Shown: positions 37,899-46,957 of the stretch, piece after piece
Layout of the letters: every line of letters begins with the position of its first letter
How positions within the stretch are numbered: the stretch's first letter is position 1
NCBI GenBank assembly: GCA_934646835.1
Contig: CAKUES010000012.1
Location: forward strand, 155-64,154
Source: an uncultured Coriobacteriales bacterium
GTDB taxonomy: Bacteria; Actinomycetota; Coriobacteriia; Coriobacteriales; QAMH01
Direction of reading: 5' to 3'
Length of the DNA: 64,000 bases
Notes under the pieces: generated by a model
Database searches by the model: none
Seen by the model: only the letters and a program-made list of their open reading frames with translations
What the model was told of the DNA's origin: nothing
Position numbers and translations under genes: made by a program

Positions 37899-38140
37899 GG
37901 GCTGATTGTATCATCCTCGCTGCTTGGAATGAGGCGCCGTGGAGCTGTTGTACTACACGTCACAGCGAGGCGCCCTCACCATCATCACCATGCTCTGACC
38001 TGCGCAAACGCAAAAATCACCATGTCGTGGTAGTTCATATTTCCTCCACAAACCCATACCGTCAAGCTGCCCATCTAGATGGTGGGCGTCAAGAGGAACC
38101 CATATGGGTTAGAAGAGAAGTTGTGAAGGAGGATGATTGC

Positions 38141-39898
38141 ATGGGTGCTAATCAAGGCATTTCCAGGCGCTCGTTTCTCAAGGGTCTGAGCGCTGCCATG
38201 GCAGCCGGCACGGCCGGCGTCGCTGGCGCTGGAACCCTCGGTCTCGTCGAGACCGCACACGCTGTCGAGGTCGTCGACAAGAAGACGCCGGCGACAGCGG
38301 GTTATGTCAAGACCAACACCGGCTATCCTACGGAGAACCCCGAGTGGCTGGGCGAGGCCCCGGAGATCGACGAGTCTCAGATCACCGAGACCATCGACAC
38401 GGAGGTCCTGGTTGTCGGCTACGCAACCGGCGGCATGCCCGCCGTCGCCGCCGCAGTCGAGGAGGGTGCTCAGGTCTACGTCATCGACCGCCTCGAGAAG
38501 CGCTACCGCATGAAGGAGGACATCGGCACCATCAATTCCTCCATGCAAAAGGCCTACATCAAGAAGCATCCCGAGTATGAGATTACCGAGAAGGACGCCC
38601 TCGAGGAGATCGCCCGCTACGCAAACGGCTATGTGAACTACGACCTCATCAAGGTCTGGATCAGGGAGTCCGGCGCGTACATGGACTGGTATCAGAAGAT
38701 CCTCGAGTCCACCAACGAGTACCATCTCGAGTTCGAGGCCGGTCTTGGCACCGACGAGGGTCAGCGTGACCGTGCGTTTGCCACGGGCCACAGCCCCCAG
38801 AAGAACAACGACAAAGTCGAGACCGAGGTCGAGGATATCTTCCTGGACTACGTCAACTCCTTCAATCTGGCTACCTTCCGCTGGAGCGCCTACTTCATCA
38901 AGCTCGAGCAGGATGAGAACGGCCGCGTCACCGGTGCCATCGCCCATGATGAGAAAGCTGACACCTACTTCCGCGTCAACGCGAGCAAGGGCGTTATCCT
39001 TGCCACCGGCGGCTACTCCACCAACCTCGAGATGATGCGCGCCATGCAGCCGGAGATTCTCGACGTGAAAATCGCCTGCGACGGCAGCGGCAACCCCTCT
39101 ACCGGCCAGGGTATCAAGGCCGCCATGTGGGCGGGCGCGCGCAAGGATCCCGTGGGCACCTCTATGCTGTTCAACCGCGCCTGCTGCAAGCCCGACGCCA
39201 CTGCAGGCTACGGCACTCCTGGTCGCTGGTTCTGGTTTGGCGAGCAGCCCAACCTCAAGGTCAACCTCAACGGCGAGCGCTTCTGTAACGAGAGCGGCCC
39301 GTATGACTACATGCTGCACGCCGCCTATATGCAGCCGCAGCACACCTACGTCACCGTCTGGGACAAGAACCACGCCAAGTACGCCGAGCAGTTCGACGAG
39401 GTTGGTTGCTGCAGGCTGTTCCCCTTCCCCAATGGTGCCAAGAACAACATCCCCATGGTTGCCGTCGAGGGCATGATCGACAAGCTGGTCGAGGACGGCT
39501 ACGTCGTCAAGGCCAACAGCATCGAGGAGCTTGCCGAGGGTCTCAACATCCCTGCCAAGAACCTCAAGAAGACCATCGACAAGTACAACAAATTCGCCAA
39601 GACGGGCAAGGACACGGACTATTTCAAAGAGCCGCACCGCCTGACTCCCGTCGACAGCGCCCCGTTCTACGGTGCGCGCACCGGCGCATGGCATCTCACC
39701 ACGCTCGACGGCGTGATGATCAACACCGACATGCAGGTGCTCGACATCAACAACGAGCCGATCCCCGGCTTGTTCGCCACGGGCGACTGCTCTGGTGGCT
39801 TCTTCTCCACCACCTACCCCAACCTGATGACCGGCCTGGCTTGCGGCCGCACGATGACCTTTGGCCGTCATGCGGGCAAGTACGTGGCCAACCTGTAG
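38141..39898 (+). CDS. TAT-exported FAD-dependent reductase (fumarate reductase/urocanate reductase-like flavoprotein, FAD_binding_2 type), substrate unknown
   Basis: Start ATG 38141 follows AAGGAGG. Twin-arginine signal ISRRSFLKGLSAAMAAGTAG. Dinucleotide fold VLVVGYATGG. The motifs GVILATGGYSTN and GLFATGDCSGG are present. Confidence 0.9.
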   Translation: MGANQGISRRSFLKGLSAAMAAGTAGVAGAGTLGLVETAHAVEVVDKKTPATAGYVKTNTGYPTENPEWLGEAPEIDESQITETIDTEVLVVGYATGGMPAVAAAVEEGAQVYVIDRLEKRYRMKEDIGTINSSMQKAYIKKHPEYEITEKDALEEIARYANGYVNYDLIKVWIRESGAYMDWYQKILESTNEYHLEFEAGLGTDEGQRDRAFATGHSPQKNNDKVETEVEDIFLDYVNSFNLATFRWSAYFIKLEQDENGRVTGAIAHDEKADTYFRVNASKGVILATGGYSTNLEMMRAMQPEILDVKIACDGSGNPSTGQGIKAAMWAGARKDPVGTSMLFNRACCKPDATAGYGTPGRWFWFGEQPNLKVNLNGERFCNESGPYDYMLHAAYMQPQHTYVTVWDKNHAKYAEQFDEVGCCRLFPFPNGAKNNIPMVAVEGMIDKLVEDGYVVKANSIEELAEGLNIPAKNLKKTIDKYNKFAKTGKDTDYFKEPHRLTPVDSAPFYGARTGAWHLTTLDGVMINTDMQVLDINNEPIPGLFATGDCSGGFFSTTYPNLMTGLACGRTMTFGRHAGKYVANL

Positions 39899-39922
39899 CG
39901 AGATATCCGAGAGGAGGAAGAA

Positions 39923-40624
39923 ATGACCGAGGAAACCAAGAACGAGGCAGCCGAGACTGAGCAGACCGCTGTCTCCGAGGGTGCCGAGGCTCCCAAGGGC
40001 GGCAAGCTCAAGGCCAAGCTCGACGCTATGAAGCGCTGGCAGGTGACCCTTATCGCCGTCGTGGCGGTTGTCGTCGTCGCCGGTGGTGGCTTTGCCGTGT
40101 GGCATGACCAGCCGAGCTTCTGCAACGCCATCTGCCATACCCCGATGGACAACTACGTCGACGGCTACTTCAACGACGAGAACCAGCTGGCTTACCAGCA
40201 TGCCCACGTCGACGGCACCAGCCTTGCAGCAGCAACGCTCAAGGGCGGCGTCAAGGACAAGAACGCCAAGTGCCTGACCTGCCACGAGGCGCATCTCGAC
40301 GAGCAGATGAAGGAGGGCATCTCCTGGGTGAGCGGCAACTACACCGTCGACACCGATGGCAACCCTGTGATCGCCGAGCCCGCCTACAAGGGCAACAAGG
40401 AGTTCTGCACCCAGTGCCATGACTACAGCAAGGTCATCGCCGCAACGGAGCACTACTGGGGCGAGGACGAGCCTGCCAACCCGCACGCCTCCCACCAGGG
40501 CGAGCTCGAGTGCAGCACCTGCCATAAGCCTCACGGCACCTCCGTGCTGATGTGCGACAGCTGCCATAACTTCGCCGTCCCCGAGGGATGGCAGACCCCG
40601 AGCCAGGCTGACGCCCAGGCGTAG
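39923..40624 (+). CDS. Membrane-anchored pentaheme cytochrome c
   Basis: N-terminal TM helix WQVTLIAVVAVVVVAGGGFAVW. Five CxxCH motifs: CNAICH, CLTCH, CTQCH, CSTCH, CDSCH. RBS GAGAGGAGGAAG. Confidence 0.9.
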   Translation: MTEETKNEAAETEQTAVSEGAEAPKGGKLKAKLDAMKRWQVTLIAVVAVVVVAGGGFAVWHDQPSFCNAICHTPMDNYVDGYFNDENQLAYQHAHVDGTSLAAATLKGGVKDKNAKCLTCHEAHLDEQMKEGISWVSGNYTVDTDGNPVIAEPAYKGNKEFCTQCHDYSKVIAATEHYWGEDEPANPHASHQGELECSTCHKPHGTSVLMCDSCHNFAVPEGWQTPSQADAQA

Positions 40625-40652
40625 GGGCCCGTACGGTATATGCTTTTCCGCA

Positions 40653-40682
40653 CGGCGGGAGCGAGCTTGCTCGCCCCCGCCG
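40653..40682 (+). terminator. GC-rich terminator-like hairpin after the cytochrome gene (paralogue of 35674-35707)
   Basis: CGGCGGGAGCGAG-CTTG-CTCGCCCCCGCCG (one mismatch) followed by TTTGCTGTT. Confidence 0.55.
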
Positions 40683-40716
40683 TTTGCTGTTGCGGCTGCG
40701 TGCGGGGGTTCTCGTC

Positions 40717-40859
40717 CAAAAAGTGCACGAAGTATGCAAGATTGAAGGCTATAGTCGAGCAGTTGGCTTACGGCAGCGCTGTGACCTGCGGTTTTGCAAG
40801 CGGAAATCGCCGTCTATTCGTTCACTCGCCTCAATCTTACGTACTTCGCGAGCCTTTTG
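40717..40859 (-). repeat. Family B MITE-like element, copy B5 (reverse orientation, variant TIRs)
   Basis: TIRs CAAAAAGTGCACGAAGTATGCAAGATTGAAGG / CCTCAATCTTACGTACTTCGCGAGCCTTTTG. The core is present as its reverse complement GGCAGCGCTGTGACCTGCGGTTTTGCAAGC. Confidence 0.9.
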
Positions 40860-40874
40860 AGTTAGCGGTTGCCT

Positions 40875-41017
40875 CAAAAACATCGCGAAGTGTTAAGGGT
40901 TGGGGTGCGTTGCTGAGTAGACGGCGGATAACGCTTGCAAAACCGCAGGTCACAGCGTTGCCGAATCTTGGCTACTCGATGCAGCCGGCCAACCCTTAAC
41001 ACTTCGCGTACTTTTTG
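40875..41017 (+). repeat. Family B MITE-like element, copy B6
   Basis: TIRs CAAAAACATCGCGAAGTGTTAAGGGTT / AACCCTTAACACTTCGCGTACTTTTTG. Core GCTTGCAAAACCGCAGGTCACAGCGTTGCCGAATC. Confidence 0.9.
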
Positions 41018-41052
41018 ATTCTGCGGCCTCTCGGTGAGCTTGCCGCCCTGCT

Positions 41053-41342
41053 GCAACCAGATGGCGCCGACTTCGTCTGGCGCCTACGTGGTTCTGCATT
41101 CAACCGCTGGTCGCGATGTTGTTCAATCCGCAGCCGTATTCGCGTGAGCACCGGTGGGCCCCAGAGCCCACGGAGGCGCCAGACGAAGTCGGCGCCAGTA
41201 GGTCGCAGCGAGTCGACGACGTGCAATGCGCATCGCCGCTATGGCGTCTCGACGCCGCTCGGTTGGCAGCCGGCCTTGCGTCAGCTCCGGTGGGCCCCAG
41301 AGCCCACGTAGGCGCCAGACGAAGTCGGCGCCATCAGGCTGC
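41053..41342. repeat. Family D array: forward arm plus two ~136-bp tandem units ending in reverse arms
   Basis: The forward arm is at 41053-41091. The reverse arms are at 41167-41206 and 41303-41342. The layout is colinear with 35918-36328. Confidence 0.9.
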
Positions 41343-41457
41343 AGCGGGTTGGCGGTGTGCAATATGTGCAGAAATCCGAGGTCAACGGCTTTTTAGTTGT
41401 GCGCGTTTCGTGGTAGAGGGGCGACCCTCTTCAAAATGTGCGATAATCGGCAGAATT

Positions 41458-42393
41458 ATGGAGAAGAATCGCAACATACTCAGCTTGGTCCTCACAGCGC
41501 TTTGTGCACTCGCCATTGTCATGGTGGTTGTGCAAGCGGTGGTTTTGGGCGGCACCTCGAAGAAGCTCGAGGACGCCAATGCTCAGCTCTCATCGCTTGA
41601 CGAGCAAGTCGACGAGGCTACCACGCAGAACACCCAGCTCAAGGCAAAGTCCGACGAGAACCTCATCGAGTGGCGCAACGCCCAGGGCCGCATGTCCTTC
41701 ATGGGCGACAAGAGTGGCCTGGTCGCCTACCTGACTTTCGACGATGGCCCCTGCTCCAACACCTCCAAGGTGCTCGACATCCTGGATCAGTACGATGCTT
41801 GCGGCACCTGGTTCTGTCTCGCAAACGACGAGGAGCAGGACTACCTGCAGCTCGACCTCCTCAAAGAGATCGAGGAGCGCGGCAACGTGGTCGGCATCCA
41901 CGACTGGGAGCAAAACGAGAGCTACGACTACTACAAGGGCACGGTTGACCATTACTTCGACTCGGACTTCAACAAGACCAAGGAGAAGCTCGAGAAGAAA
42001 GTGGGCCATGAAATCAAGATCATGCGCTTCGCCGGCGGCAGCCCCACCATTGGCTACTATAACTCCAAGATCGGCAAGACCCTGCCGCAGGAGATCCTCA
42101 AACGCGGTTACCAGTACTTTGACTGGAATGTGCTCGCCGGCGACTCCGAGCCTTCTCAGTTCGTTAACGGCTCGACTCCCAAGGACAGGATCGTGAAGAA
42201 CGTCCTGGGCCAGGCCAAGGCGTTTGCAAAGACCAACAGCCCCATCAACGTGCTCATGCACGACAACCCTGGCAAGGACACCACGGTTGAGGCACTGCCA
42301 GAGATTATCGAGGGTTTGAGGGACATGGGTTACACCTTCAAGACCCTGACGTACGATTCCCCGGGATTCTATCAGGCGAAGATCATTGACTAG
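41458..42393 (+). CDS. Polysaccharide deacetylase (NodB homology domain) with N-terminal TM anchor and coiled coil
   Basis: ATG 41458. MEKNRNILSLVLTALCALAIVMVVV (TM). NodB motifs AYLTFDDGP, GIHDWEQ, MRFAGGS and VLMHD. The upstream part of ORF 41116.. lies in family D repeats and is rejected. Confidence 0.85.
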   Translation: MEKNRNILSLVLTALCALAIVMVVVQAVVLGGTSKKLEDANAQLSSLDEQVDEATTQNTQLKAKSDENLIEWRNAQGRMSFMGDKSGLVAYLTFDDGPCSNTSKVLDILDQYDACGTWFCLANDEEQDYLQLDLLKEIEERGNVVGIHDWEQNESYDYYKGTVDHYFDSDFNKTKEKLEKKVGHEIKIMRFAGGSPTIGYYNSKIGKTLPQEILKRGYQYFDWNVLAGDSEPSQFVNGSTPKDRIVKNVLGQAKAFAKTNSPINVLMHDNPGKDTTVEALPEIIEGLRDMGYTFKTLTYDSPGFYQAKIID

Positions 42394-43240
42394 CAGATAT
42401 GACAACAACGACGGACGTTACTACGACGACCAGCGCCCTCAGCGCCGGCAGGATGGTCGCGCCTACGATCGCTCCTCGGGCTCTGCGCATCAGCGCTTCT
42501 CCGAGCAGCAGGAGCGCCAGGCCTACCAGGACGCAGGTGCTCAGGGGAGCCGCGGCCGCCTGCATCATGACGAGATGATTCGCGACCACGGACAGGTTCC
42601 GCGTTCGAGCAGGCAGCAACACAATGTGGCCGACTTCGACCGCGAGCGCTATGCGTCGAGGAGCCAGAGCTCTGTTCAGGGCCTGCGCACGCAGGGTCAG
42701 CAGCATACGCAGGACCCGCGTCGTCGCCAGGCTCCTGCTCAGGGTGGACGCCGTCAAGTCTATCTCGACCAGACGGGTCAGATTCCCCGCTACGACGCCT
42801 CCTCTGCCGAGAACAGCGGTTCTTGGGCAAGAGGCCAGAAGCCCCAGCAGCCGCGTGGTGGACGCCAGATGCCGCCGCAGCAGTACGGCAACATGGCCGA
42901 TCGCTACAACCGCAACAGCGGTATGTACCAGGCTCGCCCCGATGCGGCCACCAACGTCATGAACGCTGCCAACGGTGTTCAGCAGGGGCTCTTGAGCTCC
43001 CCGATGTCTTTCTTGGTCCGCATCGTCTTGATCGTTGTGTTGCTGCTCGTCTTTGGCGTGCGCATGGTGATGAGCAGCGGTCCGGCTTCCCAGCTGGCCG
43101 ATGTCAACACCGCGATTGTCGCCCAGCAGGAGCAGCTCGACACCCTTACGGCGGACAACCAGCAGATGCAGGAGAGCATCGACTCCAGGCAATCGACCCT
43201 GGATGCATACAACGCCATCGTCAAGGCGCAGCAGAGCTAA
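42386..43240 (+). CDS. Hypothetical membrane protein: long R/Q/D/Y-rich disordered N-terminus, one TM helix, C-terminal coiled coil
   Basis: TTG start overlapping the deacetylase stop by 8 nt. Third codon positions are GC-rich throughout. The TM helix is FLVRIVLIVVLLLVFGVRMVM and is followed by QLADVNTAIVAQQEQLDTLTADNQQMQESI. No family was recognised. Confidence 0.5.
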   Translation: MTSRYDNNDGRYYDDQRPQRRQDGRAYDRSSGSAHQRFSEQQERQAYQDAGAQGSRGRLHHDEMIRDHGQVPRSSRQQHNVADFDRERYASRSQSSVQGLRTQGQQHTQDPRRRQAPAQGGRRQVYLDQTGQIPRYDASSAENSGSWARGQKPQQPRGGRQMPPQQYGNMADRYNRNSGMYQARPDAATNVMNAANGVQQGLLSSPMSFLVRIVLIVVLLLVFGVRMVMSSGPASQLADVNTAIVAQQEQLDTLTADNQQMQESIDSRQSTLDAYNAIVKAQQS

Positions 43241-43345
43241 AGCGCGCTCAGGTGCCTACAGATGAACAACACAAAGGCCCCGGTTATCGGGGCCTTTGTT
43301 GTAGGCGGGGGAGTGCAGGAGGTTGCGAGAGTCCGTTGGCTCGTT

Positions 43346-43385
43346 GCGATCTATGGCGCCGACTTCGTCTGGCGCCTACGTGGGG
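43346..43385 (+). repeat. Family D GGCGCC-hairpin motif, isolated forward arm
   Basis: GCGATCTATGGCGCCGACTTCGTCTGGCGCCTACGTGGGG. Confidence 0.9.
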
Positions 43386-43418
43386 TCTGCCATCTCCAAG
43401 GCGCTGCCGCAAGGCGGT

Positions 43419-43514
43419 GTCCAATGTGTACCAGTGACAAAGTGACCAACACAGAAGACACCCGTTAACGCGAGCTGTCCGTGTTGGTCACTTTGTCACT
43501 GGTACACATTGGAC
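43419..43514. repeat. Family H long hairpin, copy H2b
   Basis: GTCCAATGTGTACCAGTGACAAAGTGACCAACAC (43419-43452) pairs with GTGTTGGTCACTTTGTCACTGGTACACATTGGAC (43481-43514). The loop contains CGTTAAC, as in H1b. Confidence 0.9.
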
Positions 43515-43545
43515 ACACAAAGGCGCGTAGGCTCGGCATCTTTAA

Positions 43546-43586
43546 AATCACGTAGGGGAGGAACCCTGTCCCTCCCCTACGTGATT
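43546..43586. repeat. Family A hairpin, copy A6 (extended symmetric stem; likely terminator of uvrA)
   Basis: AATCACGTAGGGGAGGAAC-CCT-GTCCCTCCCCTACGTGATT. It lies 10 nt downstream of the uvrA stop on the minus strand. Confidence 0.85.
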
Positions 43587-43595
43587 TGCGCTCTC

Positions 43596-46475
<2,880 letters not shown>

Positions 46476-46533
46476 ACCCTGCTCCTCCGTGATGTGGTGA
46501 ATCTAGCAGTAGCGATAATACCGCCGATAGTAG

Positions 46534-46547
46534 CAAACAGATGTTCG
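46534..46547 (-). promoter_or_regulatory. Candidate LexA (SOS/Cheo-type) box upstream of uvrA
   Basis: The minus strand reads CGAACATCTGTTTG (consensus CGAAC-N4-GTTCG, one mismatch), 59-72 nt upstream of the uvrA ATG. A TATTAT -10-like hexamer lies at 46520-46515. Confidence 0.45.
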
Positions 46548-46617
46548 AAATTCAAGCAACGTCTTGGTACGTCGCAACAGACCGTTGCTTGGTCGGGGCG
46601 CAGGGTCCTTGAGACAT

Positions 46618-46894
46618 GCCGCTCCGCTGCTCGCCCTTCGGGCTCGTGCGCTCCGCTACGCGCAACTATGCGCGAAACGGTTGCGCGAGCGCGCCTCGAA
46701 GACCCCGGGCGGCTGCCGTCAGAGGCGCAGGAGCTGGTGTTTGGCCGTTTGGATATGGCGGCTATAGTTCGTGCGAGTGTCGATGCGCTCCCCGAGGGAG
46801 GTGAGGGGGCTTGGGATGCGCTCGCGCAACTGTCCCTCAAGTCTAGTTGCGCGTAGCGGAGCGCACGAGCCCGAAGGGCGAGCAGCGGAGCGGC
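46618..46894. repeat. 51-bp perfect inverted repeats flanking a 175-bp spacer (MITE-like or invertible-segment-like)
   Basis: 46618-46668 (GCCGCTCCGCTGCTCGCCCTTCGGGCTCGTGCGCTCCGCTACGCGCAACTA) is the exact reverse complement of 46844-46894. Confidence 0.9.
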
Positions 46895-46957
46895 CACCTC
46901 GGGGGCCCTCCCCGGTGCCTCGATCGGCGCGCGGTGGCACGGATTCGCGTTGCGAGC

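Noticed and set aside
41116-41457. N-terminal 114-codon extension of the deacetylase ORF (ORF track start 41116).
   Set aside because: The extension is entirely made of family D tandem repeats (translated ...GADEVGA..., PVGPRAHVGARRSRRHQ). The true N-terminus, with a TM helix, begins at ATG 41458.
46668-46856. 62-codon ORF (MRETVARARLEDPGRLPSEAQELVFGRLDMAAIV...) inside the 51-bp inverted-repeat element.
   Set aside because: Its GC3 is noticeably lower than in neighbouring genes. It has no RBS, its stop lies inside the repeat arm, and no family was recognised. It is kept only as a note under the inverted-repeat finding.
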